Assembly (NCBI GenBank): GCA_963422395.1
Contig: OY729431.1
Coordinates: 1,376,001 to 1,440,000 of the forward strand
Length of the DNA: 64,000 bases
Direction: 5' to 3'
Origin: Vicinamibacteria bacterium
GTDB taxonomy: Bacteria; Acidobacteriota; Vicinamibacteria; Marinacidobacterales; Marinacidobacteraceae
Shown piece after piece: positions 38,272 to 46,823 of the stretch (position 1 is its first letter; every line of letters starts with the position of its first letter). The notes under the pieces are model-generated. The model saw only the letters and a program-made list of their open reading frames with translations, did no database searches and was not told the DNA's origin. A program made the translations under genes and the position numbers.

Positions 38272-39345
38272 GTGCCGAAGACCCGGGAAGACCGCTTCCT
38301 TGCACGGCTCCTCGATTCGCTCCCGGCTCTCGGAAAAACGCCTGACCGTGGAACCGACGGTGGGCCGCCCCGAGCCGGGGAGGTGCCGGAGATCGTGCTC
38401 GGGCCGGGTGACGATGCCGCGGTGGTGCGCTGGTCCGGCGGCCGGCTGCTGTTGCTCAGCACCGATGCTGCCGAGGAGGGAGTCCATTTCGATCTCCGCA
38501 CTCATCCGCTGCGTGCCGTCGGACGGCGCGCCGTCGCTGCTGCGCTCAGCGACCTGGCGGCCATGGGGGGCCAGGCTGTCGGGACACTCGTTTCGTTGGT
38601 GGCCGCTCCCGCCAGACAGGAAGCCGCCGCCGAGGCAGCGGCGGCGGCTTTCGAGCGCGCCCAGGAGCTCGGTGCGCCGATCCTGGGCGGCAACATCACC
38701 GCAGGGGCACGGCTCGCCCTGCATGTCACGGTGGTCGGGGCGATGGCACCCGGAGTCGCGCCGCTGCCGAGGTCGGGGGCACGGCCGGGGGACGGCCTGT
38801 TCGTGACCGGCGCTCTGGGGGGGGCGGCGCTCGGACTCGCGGTCCTGCGGCGGTGTGCAGCTGCTTCCACCCACCCGACCCCCGAAGAGAAGCCGTTCGT
38901 ACGGCGCCAGCTGGAACCGACTCCGTGTCTTGCTGCCGGTGCGCTCTTCGCTTCCTGCGGGGCGGTCCGCGCTGCGATGGACATCTCGGACGGCCTCGCT
39001 CTCGACCTCCACCGGCTAGCCGCCGCGAGCGGTGTCGGTGCGATCCTCACCGCGGCGCGAATTCCGCTGGCGCAGCCCGGCAGCGCCGGTCTGACGGCGG
39101 CGCTTTGCGGCGGCGAGGACTACGAACTGCTGCTGGCCGGGCCCGAGGCGAAACTGGAACGGGCGGCCGAAGCCGGTTCCGTCCCGTTGACCCGCATCGG
39201 ACGAATCACCGAACGGGCGGACGGGATGCGCCTTCGTCATCCGGACGGGCGCCTCGAGCCGCTGCCTTCCGGCGGCTGGGACGGGCTCGAGGAGGGAGCG
39301 CCCGCGAAAAGTTCGGGAGCGGGGCGGGGCGTCCCCCGGCGCTGA
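38272..39345 (+). CDS. thiL: Thiamine-monophosphate kinase
   Basis: GPGDDAA, SDLAAMG, RSGARPGD, DISDGL, GGEDYEL. Confidence 0.93.
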   Translation: MPKTREDRFLARLLDSLPALGKTPDRGTDGGPPRAGEVPEIVLGPGDDAAVVRWSGGRLLLLSTDAAEEGVHFDLRTHPLRAVGRRAVAAALSDLAAMGGQAVGTLVSLVAAPARQEAAAEAAAAAFERAQELGAPILGGNITAGARLALHVTVVGAMAPGVAPLPRSGARPGDGLFVTGALGGAALGLAVLRRCAAASTHPTPEEKPFVRRQLEPTPCLAAGALFASCGAVRAAMDISDGLALDLHRLAAASGVGAILTAARIPLAQPGSAGLTAALCGGEDYELLLAGPEAKLERAAEAGSVPLTRIGRITERADGMRLRHPDGRLEPLPSGGWDGLEEGAPAKSSGAGRGVPRR

Positions 39346-39387
39346 GGTCCTGCCCCCGGTTTCGCCTCCCTAGCAGCAGACTGCTAG

Positions 39388-39576
39388 CAGTCCGTGGATG
39401 AAGTGGCGCGAGCACCGAGGCCGGGGAGGCGCCTGGCGGACAAGGCGCGAATCGGGACGGCATACCGGGCGTATTCCGACGGATTCGCAACGAAGAGCGA
39501 AGCGGTTCAGCCGGGGCCCCCACCGGGAGAACTGGGCATCGCCGGTCGACTGCCGTGTGACTTTGTCCAGGGGCTG
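39388..39576 (-). mobile_element. MITE-like element, full copy 2 (inverted relative to copy 1)
   Basis: CAGTCCGTGGATGAAGT...ACTTTGTCCAGGGGCTG, flanked by CTAG/CTAA. Confidence 0.8.
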
Positions 39577-39608
39577 CTAAGGGAGAGTCGAGGCGGCGGA
39601 CGGCTGGA

Positions 39609-41042
39609 TCAGGCCGCTTCCACGAATGCGGCCGCCGCCGAAAAGAGCGCTTCTTCCCCCCAGGGGGGGGCCATGAGTTCCACTCCGAACGGGAGGCCGC
39701 GGCTCTCCCCAGCTGGCAGCGAGATCGCTGGCAGTGCGGCGAGCGACGCCAGAATCGTGAAGCGGTCGGAGCGGTATTCCTGGGCTCGGGGCGGTGGCTC
39801 GTCGAGCAGCCGGGGTGGGCCGCAGGTGATCGGCAGGAGCAGGAGCTCCCTTTCGCCGAACAGGCCGAGGAGTTCCCTGGCGATGCGCTTTCGGATCTCG
39901 GTGGATGCCCGATAGATGGAATCCCGGTAACCGCGCGACAGGACCGTGGCCCCGGCCAGGATGCGCCGCCGCACCTCCCGGCCCAACCCTCGGGTCCGGG
40001 TTTCCCGGAAAGCGGCCTCGAGTCGCAGGCCTCCTGCCTCGGGTTGGCCATAGCGCATGCCGTCGAAGCGAGCGAGGTTCGAACTCGCCTCGGCGCAGGC
40101 GAGCAGGTAGTAGGCCGCGACCGCGGTCTCGGTATCGGGAAGCTCCACGCGTCGGACGATGACTCCCCGCTGTTCGAAACGCCGGATGACAGCGGCGAAA
40201 GCCTCTTGCGACGCCGGATCGAGCACCGCCAGATCGTTCTCGCCGCACGCTGCGATAGTGCGCGGCAGAGCGGGGCGCCCGGCAGCGGCGGCAAAGTCGG
40301 GAACATCTCTCGCAGCAGAGGTCGCGTCGCGCGGATCGAGCCCGGCGACCGCGCCGAGGACCCGCCCCAGGTCGGTCAGATCCGATGCCAGGCAGCCGAC
40401 CTGGTCGAAGGAAGAGGCGTACGCGGTGACACCGTAGCGGGACACCCGGCCGTAGGTCGGCCGAATTCCGAACACCCCGCAGTGGGCTGCCGGTTGCCGG
40501 ACCGAGCCCCCGGTGTCGGTCCCGAGCGCGGCGTGGGCGGTCCCCGCGGCGACCGCCGCCGCCGAACCGCCCGAAGACCCTCCGGCCACCCGCTGCGGGT
40601 CCGCCGGATTGCGGCTGGGGCCGTGGAATCCGCGCGTCGTGGCCGACCCCATTCCGAACTCGTCGAGGTTGGTGGTGCCGAGCAGGACCGCACCCGCACC
40701 GCGCAGCCGTTCCACCACGGTGGCGTCGTAAGGAGCGCGATAGCCGCGCAGCAGAGCCGACCCCGAAGTCGAGAGCCAGCTGCGGACCGCGATGTTGTCC
40801 TTGACTGCGACCGGCAGTCCGAACAGAGGTCCCCTTCGATGGCGTGGTTGCCGGTCCAGACTCCGGGCGCGGGCGCGGGCGCCCTCGCGGTCGATATGCA
40901 AGAAGGCACGGACCGAGTCGTCTACCGCATCGATCCGGCCGAGCGCGAGCTCGGTCGCCTCCCCGGCAGAGGCTTCTCCGGAGCGCAGCCGGACGGCCCG
41001 CCGCCGGCGTTCCGGCTCCGGGAGCAGCAATCCCTGCCTCAC
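39609..41042 (-). CDS. gatA: Asp/Glu-tRNA amidotransferase subunit A
   Basis: KDNI, NLDEFGMG, GGSSGGS, GTDTGGSVRQPA, EASSNLARFDG. Start uncertain. Confidence 0.9.
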   Translation of the reverse strand: MRQGLLLPEPERRRRAVRLRSGEASAGEATELALGRIDAVDDSVRAFLHIDREGARARARSLDRQPRHRRGPLFGLPVAVKDNIAVRSWLSTSGSALLRGYRAPYDATVVERLRGAGAVLLGTTNLDEFGMGSATTRGFHGPSRNPADPQRVAGGSSGGSAAAVAAGTAHAALGTDTGGSVRQPAAHCGVFGIRPTYGRVSRYGVTAYASSFDQVGCLASDLTDLGRVLGAVAGLDPRDATSAARDVPDFAAAAGRPALPRTIAACGENDLAVLDPASQEAFAAVIRRFEQRGVIVRRVELPDTETAVAAYYLLACAEASSNLARFDGMRYGQPEAGGLRLEAAFRETRTRGLGREVRRRILAGATVLSRGYRDSIYRASTEIRKRIARELLGLFGERELLLLPITCGPPRLLDEPPPRAQEYRSDRFTILASLAALPAISLPAGESRGLPFGVELMAPPWGEEALFSAAAAFVEAA

Positions 41043-41103
41043 CAGCGTGTTTCCGAAGCCTCCCCCGGCGTTCGCGGATCGATGCTGGCCCCGCATGGAG
41101 CGA

Positions 41104-41135
41104 GGGGCTCGCACCGCTTCATCCACAGATCGCTA
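41104..41135 (+). repeat. MITE right-end remnant between gatC and gatA
   Basis: GGGGCTCGCACCGCTTCATCCACAGATCGCTA resembles the copy 5 right end. Confidence 0.6.
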
Positions 41136-41429
41136 CAGCACGCGCGGGACGAGCACCAAGCGGTCTCCGTGTTCGGGAGCGAGGGCGAAGACCGCGTCGT
41201 CCGCAAGCCCGTCCTGAGGATCGTCGGCGCGGAGCCGGCACGGAACCGGCGCGTCCGCAGCCTCTCCGCCGACGGCCTCTCCACTGGCCGGCGCGTCATC
41301 TCCATGAACCCTGGACGCGAAGACGCGGAGCATGAGGCGCGCCTGCAGCATGGCGTCTCTCTCCCGCGGGTCTTCGGGAAACCGCAGGGCCACCAGCCCG
41401 GCGATCTCGAGGAATTCGGCCTTGTTCAC
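41133..41429 (-). CDS. gatC: Asp/Glu-tRNA amidotransferase subunit C (divergent)
   Basis: IAGLVALRF...LRADDP...LAP...VPRVL, directly upstream of gatA. Confidence 0.75.
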   Translation of the reverse strand: MNKAEFLEIAGLVALRFPEDPRERDAMLQARLMLRVFASRVHGDDAPASGEAVGGEAADAPVPCRLRADDPQDGLADDAVFALAPEHGDRLVLVPRVL

Positions 41430-41499
41430 GACGCTTCGAAGCGCCTCCCGGACTGCTCTGAGTATAGTCGGCAAGGTGTGAATTGCGGGGGCGGCCCCG

Positions 41500-41830
41500 A
41501 TGCTGGCTTCCCTGATTTCCGCTGTCCGGTTCCGGAGCAGCGGGCGCGGCCGTCCCCTCCCGCGCTGCGTCTTCGGGCGGCGAGGCCGCTGGTACAGGCT
41601 CTGCCAGCGAGTCGTTCGTTTTCCCCGCCGAGTTCGAACCACACCGGGCGCTCTGGATGGCGTGGACCACATACGAGAACCAGCGCGGCCTGCCGACCGA
41701 GCCGCTGCTCCTCGAAATCATCCGTGCTGCCGAGGGTCGGGTGGCCATCGAACTCCTGGCCCAGAACGAAGGCGGAGGCGCCCTCAGTCTGCTTCCAGCC
41801 TCGCGGTGCTGGGGCTCGCGGTCGCTATCC
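41500..41830 (+). pseudogene. Agmatine deiminase (AguA/PPAD family) N-terminal fragment
   Basis: FPAEFEPHRALWMAW matches the family N-terminal motif. Signal-like start is in another frame, the gene is truncated at a MITE, and it lies upstream of aguB. Confidence 0.7.
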
Positions 41831-42104
41831 GACGGCCAAGTCACACGGCATTGCCGAGTAGTGAAGGGCTCCCGGTCGAGGATCCCCGACCGAGCCCCTC
41901 ACTCTCCGGCGTGCTCGCGGGGCCATAATTCGGCCCCGCTCGGAGCGACGGCGATGCCCAGTCCTCCCGGTGGGGGCCCCGGCTGAACCGCTTCGCTCTT
42001 CGTTGCAAATCCGTCGGAATACGCCCGGTATGCCTCCCGATTCGCACCTTGTCAGCCAGGCGCCTCCCCGGTCTCGGTGCTCGCGCCACTTCATCCACGG
42101 ACTC
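41825..42104 (+). mobile_element. MITE-like element, long copy 3 (with hairpin module, degenerate left TIR)
   Basis: AAGTCACACGGC...ACTTCATCCACGGACTC. The right ~150 bp is nearly identical to the reverse complement of copy 2. Confidence 0.78.
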
Positions 42105-42159
42105 CTGGGCCGGATCCTCGCGTAGATCGGTTCCCCGCTTTCGGGTCAGAATTGCCGGA

Positions 42160-43053
42160 GTGAGTTCCGAATCCGATCCGACCGCGCCGCGCCGCGTGCG
42201 CCTTGCGCTCATACAGCGCGCCGTCGAAACCGATCGAAGCGCCGCCCACGAAGCGGCGCTCGGCGCGGTGCGCCAGGCCGCCGGCGGCGGGGCGCAGATC
42301 GTCTGTCTGCCCGAGCTCTACGACCTCCCGTACTTCCCGCGGCAGGTTCGGGCGGACTTCTGGCGGCTGGCCGAAGCGCAGCCATCGCCCCGGGTCCGGG
42401 AGTTCGGCCAGCTGGCCGGCGATCTCGGAGTGGTCCTGGGGGTACCGGTCTTCGAGGAGGCAGCTCCCGGGGTGCTCTTCAACAGCGCCCTCGTCTTCGA
42501 CGCCAACGGAACCCTGCTGGGCTGCTATCGCAAGAACCACATTCCCCACGGTCCCGGGTGTTCCGAGAAGTACTACTTCACTCCCGGCGACCGAGGCTAC
42601 CCGGTCTGGAAAACCGCCTTCGGTCGGATCGGGGTGGGCATCTGCTGGGATTCCTGGTTTCCGGAGACGGCACGCGCGCTCGCGCTCGGAGGCGCCGAGC
42701 TGCTGCTCTTTCCGACCGCGATCGGCTCGGAGCCCGACCGCCCCGGTTGTTCCTCGGAGGATGCCTGGCGCACGGTGATGCGCGGGCACGCCATCGCGAA
42801 CGGCGTGTTCGTCGGCGTGCCGAACCGGGTGGGCGTCGAAGGAGCGACGACCTTCTACGGCGGCAGCTTCGCCTGCGACCCGTTCGGTGAGGTCATCGCG
42901 CAGGCGGGGAGCGAGCCGAAGACCGTGCTCGCTGATCTCGATTTCGGCCGGATCCGCGAACTCCGCGAACTACTGCAGTTCTTCCGGGACCGGCGCGTGT
43001 CCACCTACGGACCGCTGCTGCGGGTCGCTCCTGCGCTCGGCTCGTCGGACTGA
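42160..43053 (+). CDS. aguB: N-carbamoylputrescine amidase (nitrilase family)
   Basis: E-K-C triad: LPEL, YRKNHIPHGPG..EKYYF, GICWDSWFPE. PTAIGSEP motif. Confidence 0.85.
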   Translation: MSSESDPTAPRRVRLALIQRAVETDRSAAHEAALGAVRQAAGGGAQIVCLPELYDLPYFPRQVRADFWRLAEAQPSPRVREFGQLAGDLGVVLGVPVFEEAAPGVLFNSALVFDANGTLLGCYRKNHIPHGPGCSEKYYFTPGDRGYPVWKTAFGRIGVGICWDSWFPETARALALGGAELLLFPTAIGSEPDRPGCSSEDAWRTVMRGHAIANGVFVGVPNRVGVEGATTFYGGSFACDPFGEVIAQAGSEPKTVLADLDFGRIRELRELLQFFRDRRVSTYGPLLRVAPALGSSD

Positions 43054-43056
43054 CCG

Positions 43057-43800
43057 ATGCCGGAGAACCCGCACACCCGCGAGCAGGCATTCCTGAGCCT
43101 CGCCGCGGTGTTTCTCGCGGCGCTGATCGCCGCCAATCTCATCTTCCGCAAATTCTTCGTCTGGGAGATTCCGGCGCTCGGCCTGTTGGGGCTCGATCCG
43201 CGGATGGAGCTCTCGGTGGGGATCCTCGCCTACCCGGTCACCTTCCTCTGCACCGATGTGCTCTCGGAGTTCTACGGCCGGCGGCGGGTGAGCCAGCTGG
43301 TGACCGCCGGTTTCTTTGCGAGCGTCTTCGTCGTGGGGTTGGTGGCGGTCTCGACGGTCGTTCCGGCGGCTGACTGGAGCGTGGTGGACGACGCCATGTT
43401 CGAGCGAGTCTTCGGGATCCAGACGATCGCCGTCGCCGCCTCGATGGGTGCATACCTCGGTGCCCAGTATCTCGACATCCGGCTATTCCACTATTGGAAG
43501 CGCCGAACTGCGGGCCGCCATCTCTGGCTGCGGAACAACGCTTCGACGTTCACTTCGCAGCTCGTGGACACCGTCCTGGTGAACGCGCTGCTCGCCGCTT
43601 TCGGCGCCGAGGAGATCACTCTGGAACGGCTGCCGGTCCTGGTGCTGAACGGCGTCGTCTTCAAGTGGATCGTCGCGCTGGTCGACACCCCGCTGGTCTA
43701 TGGAGCGGTGTGGTTTCTCCGCCGCCGCCTCGGCATCCGGGACGCCGCGGAGACCGCTGCCGATCTCGATGCTCATGCCGCTTCAGCCACAGACTGTTGA
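43057..43800 (+). CDS. Queuosine precursor transporter (YhhQ/VUT family)
   Basis: YPVTFLCTDVLSEFYG, LWLRNNASTFTSQLVDT, LVDTP. Confidence 0.9.
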   Translation: MPENPHTREQAFLSLAAVFLAALIAANLIFRKFFVWEIPALGLLGLDPRMELSVGILAYPVTFLCTDVLSEFYGRRRVSQLVTAGFFASVFVVGLVAVSTVVPAADWSVVDDAMFERVFGIQTIAVAASMGAYLGAQYLDIRLFHYWKRRTAGRHLWLRNNASTFTSQLVDTVLVNALLAAFGAEEITLERLPVLVLNGVVFKWIVALVDTPLVYGAVWFLRRRLGIRDAAETAADLDAHAASATDC

Positions 43801-43809
43801 GGGGGTGAG

Positions 43810-43938
43810 CAGCCTGTGGATACAGTGGCGCGAGCTCCAAGATCGGGGAGGCGCCCGGCGGACAAGGCGCGATTCGGGAGGCATACCGGGTGTATTCCGA
43901 CGGAATCGCAACGCCGAGCGAAGCGTTCAGGCGGGGAC
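43810..43938 (-). mobile_element. MITE-like element, truncated copy 4
   Basis: CAGCCTGTGGATACAGTGGCGCGAGC...GGACAAGGCGCGATTCGGGAGGCATACCGGGTGTATTCCGACGG, collinear with copy 2. Confidence 0.75.
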
Positions 43939-44976
43939 CGGAGCGGGCCGCCGCCCTTCGGGGGGTGGCCCCGCCCGCATCGACCGTTCAAGGCCGCCGC
44001 GGCGCCGGAAGATCCAGTCGCAGGTGAGCGAGAGGCCCTCTCCGAGCGGGGTTTTCGGCACCCAGCCGAGACGGCGGATGCGGGAGCTGTCCACGGCGTA
44101 GCGGCGGTCGTGCCCGGGCCGATCCGCGACCGGTTCGATCCGGGCACGCTTTCCCGTCTTCCGTTCGGCGAGATCGAGGATGCTCTCCGCCATTTCCAGA
44201 TTCGTCTTTCGGTCGCCGCTGCCGATGTTGTAGATCTCACCCGGCGCGCCGGATCGGAGCAGGAGTTCGAGAGCGCGGCAGTGGTCCCCGACGAAGAGCC
44301 AGTCGCGGACCTGACAACCATCTCCATAGAGGGGTAACGGCTCTCCGGCGAACGCACGCCCGAGGAAGGTCGGGGTCATCTTCTCCTGGTGTTGGCGGGG
44401 GCCGTAGGTGTTGGTCCCTCGGCTGATGAGCGCGGGAATCCCGTGGGTCGCGCGGTAGGCGAGCACCAGCAGATCGGCCCCCGCTTTACTGGCCGCATAC
44501 GGATTCCTCGGGGCCAGCCGCGCTTCTTCGTCGAACTGTCCTTCGGGTGCCTCGCCGTACACCTCGTCGGTGGATACCTGCAAGAACACGCGGCCCCGCC
44601 CGGCGCGCCGGAAGGCTTCGAGGAGCACTGCGGTTCCCAGGGTGTCGGTCCGGGCGAAGGCCTCGCCGTCCAGAATCGCTCGGTCCACATGGGTCTCGGC
44701 GGCGAAATTGACGAGGCAGTCAGCTCGGGCCGCGAGCGGGCCGACGACCTCGGGATCGCAGATGTCGCCGCGAAAGAATTCGTGACGGGGATCGTCGAGA
44801 GCCCGACTCAGATTGTCGAGCGATCCGGCGTAGGTCAGTTTGTCCAGCGTGAGCACCCGAGAATCCGGGTACCGGCGGAGCAGCTGATCCACGAAGTGGC
44901 TTCCGATGAACCCCGCGCCGCCCGTTATGAGGAAGGTCGGTGCCGGAGGAATCCGCAGCGGCGCAGATGTCGGCAT
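43927..44976 (-). CDS. rfbB: dTDP-glucose 4,6-dehydratase
   Basis: ITGGAGFIG, DKLTYAG, AAETHVD, STDEVYG, YAASK, RPGHDRRY. Confidence 0.93.
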   Translation of the reverse strand: MPTSAPLRIPPAPTFLITGGAGFIGSHFVDQLLRRYPDSRVLTLDKLTYAGSLDNLSRALDDPRHEFFRGDICDPEVVGPLAARADCLVNFAAETHVDRAILDGEAFARTDTLGTAVLLEAFRRAGRGRVFLQVSTDEVYGEAPEGQFDEEARLAPRNPYAASKAGADLLVLAYRATHGIPALISRGTNTYGPRQHQEKMTPTFLGRAFAGEPLPLYGDGCQVRDWLFVGDHCRALELLLRSGAPGEIYNIGSGDRKTNLEMAESILDLAERKTGKRARIEPVADRPGHDRRYAVDSSRIRRLGWVPKTPLGEGLSLTCDWIFRRRGGLERSMRAGPPPEGRRPAPVPA

Positions 44977-44981
44977 CGCTC

Positions 44982-45992
44982 TCAGGGAATACGGAGCACG
45001 ATCTTGCCGAAGTGCTCGCCGCGCGCCATCCGGTCGAGCGCTGCTGGCAGTTCCGCGAGCGGATACGACCGATCGAGTACCGGTCGGATGTCCTTCTCTT
45101 CGAGAAACCGGATCAGGTCGCGGAGCGCCCGGCGGCAATCGGTCATCACCCCGGCGATCCGGATCCGCCGCATCACCGCGGGAGCGAGCTGCACCGGGGC
45201 TTCGAGCCCGGTGAGCGCGCCGAGCAGCGCCACCGTCCCCCCGGCGGAGGCGGCCCGGAGCGATCGACTCAGGGTGCCCGCACCGCCGTTTTCGACCACC
45301 AGGTCGGCTCCTTCGCCGCCGGTCGCCTTGCGGACGGCCCGGTCCCATTCGGGCTCTTCGATACGGTGGATTCCGAAATCGGCGCCCAGCGCCCGGGCGC
45401 GGTCGAGTTTCTCGTGGGAGGACGAGGTGATGAGGACCCGAGCGCCGAGCGCCTTCGCGATCTGCAGCGCGAAGAGAGAGACCCCGCCCGTCCCCAGGGT
45501 GAGTACGGTCTGACCGGGAACGATCGGCCCTTCGGTGATCAGTGCACTCCAGGCGGTGAGCGCGGCGATCGGGAGCGCGGCAGCCTCTTCGTAGCGGAAC
45601 CCCGAAGGCGCCCGGCAGAGCGCCGCTTCGGGCAGCGCGACTCGTTCCTGGCCCATCCCCGGTCCCGGGCCGCCGAGCGTGGCGCGCGCGTATTCCCGGC
45701 GGAAGCGACCGTCCTCCCAGCCCACCACCGGGTGGGTGACGACCCGGTCTCCCGGAGCGAAGGTGCTCACCCCCTCCCCGACCGAAAGCACTTCCCCCGC
45801 GCCATCGCTCACCGGCGTCTGGGGCAGGGGAAGCCGCGGGTTGTAGGCGCCTTCCAGGATCATTAGGTCCCGGTAGTTCAGCGAGCCGGCGTGCAGTCCG
45901 ACGAGAACCTCTCCCGGACCGGCCTCCGGTGGATCGGTTTGCTCGAAGCGGAGGTTCTCCTTGCCGAAGCGGTCGAAGGTCCAGCGCTTCAC
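44982..45992 (-). CDS. NAD(P)-dependent alcohol dehydrogenase (MDR/quinone reductase-like)
   Basis: SLNYRDL, SDGAGEV, LGTGGVS, HFGKIV. Confidence 0.9.
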   Translation of the reverse strand: MKRWTFDRFGKENLRFEQTDPPEAGPGEVLVGLHAGSLNYRDLMILEGAYNPRLPLPQTPVSDGAGEVLSVGEGVSTFAPGDRVVTHPVVGWEDGRFRREYARATLGGPGPGMGQERVALPEAALCRAPSGFRYEEAAALPIAALTAWSALITEGPIVPGQTVLTLGTGGVSLFALQIAKALGARVLITSSSHEKLDRARALGADFGIHRIEEPEWDRAVRKATGGEGADLVVENGGAGTLSRSLRAASAGGTVALLGALTGLEAPVQLAPAVMRRIRIAGVMTDCRRALRDLIRFLEEKDIRPVLDRSYPLAELPAALDRMARGEHFGKIVLRIP

Positions 45993-46027
45993 GCCGGCCA
46001 GTGTACGGTAGGAACTTCTCCTGTTAG

Positions 46028-46300
46028 CCGCCTGTGGACGAAGTGCCGAGTAGCGAGGGTTCCCGGTCGAGGACACCGGACCGGGAACCCTTCGCTCTCC
46101 GGCGGGTTCGCAGGGCCATGCTGGCCTCGTATGGAGCGACCGGCGATGCATCCCGGCTGAACCGCGCCGTTTCACGGCGCTCATCGTTGCGTTTCGGTCG
46201 AAATACACCCGGTATGCCTCCCGAATCGCGCCTCGTCCGCCGGCCCCCACCGGGAGAACGGGACCCTTCTTGGGGCTCGCGTCACTTCATCCACAGGCTG
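46028..46300 (+). mobile_element. MITE-like element, long copy 5 (with hairpin module)
   Basis: CCGCCTGTGGACGAAGT...ACTTCATCCACAGGCTG, flanked by TTAG/CTAG. Confidence 0.8.
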
Positions 46301-46314
46301 CTAGTGTTCGCTTC

Positions 46315-46764
46315 ATGTCCGAGGCCACCCTCTTCGACCGCGTTCTGCGAGGAGAGATTCCCAGCCATCGGGTGTACGAAGACGATCGGGTCGTCGCGTT
46401 CCTGGACATCGCTCCGCAGAGCCCGGGACACCTCTTGGTGGTTCCGCGGGAGAGTTGTGCCACCGTGGGCGAGCTTTCGGAGGAATCGGCGGCTGCCATC
46501 GGACGAGTGCTGCCGCGGCTCGCCCGTGCTCTCGAGCGTGCCGTCGGCGTCCCCCACCTGAACATCCTCCAGAACAACGGCGCCCCGGCGGGGCAGGCCG
46601 TGCCCCATGTCCACTTCCACCTCATTCCCCGCGTTCGCCGCAGCAAGGCTCCCGGTTCGGGGCTCGAAACGGTTTGGAAACCCGGCCGGCTCGGAAAAGA
46701 GGACGGCGAGCGGATGTCCGCGCGGATTCGGGACGCTCTGCGGGCTGCTGGAGAGAATGAGTAA
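46315..46764 (+). CDS. HIT family hydrolase
   Basis: FLDIAP, GHLLVVP, HVHFH triad. Confidence 0.93.
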   Translation: MSEATLFDRVLRGEIPSHRVYEDDRVVAFLDIAPQSPGHLLVVPRESCATVGELSEESAAAIGRVLPRLARALERAVGVPHLNILQNNGAPAGQAVPHVHFHLIPRVRRSKAPGSGLETVWKPGRLGKEDGERMSARIRDALRAAGENE

Positions 46765-46823
46765 CCCGCCGGGAGGCGGCCTCACGGGACGAAGGCGAAG
46801 GGCTGCCGTTTTCGGGGGCGTCG

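Noticed and set aside
8880-46300. CRISPR array or coding interpretation of the repeats
   Set aside because: Copies are dispersed, have TIRs and no spacers, there are no cas genes, and the short ORFs inside them are not frame-conserved.
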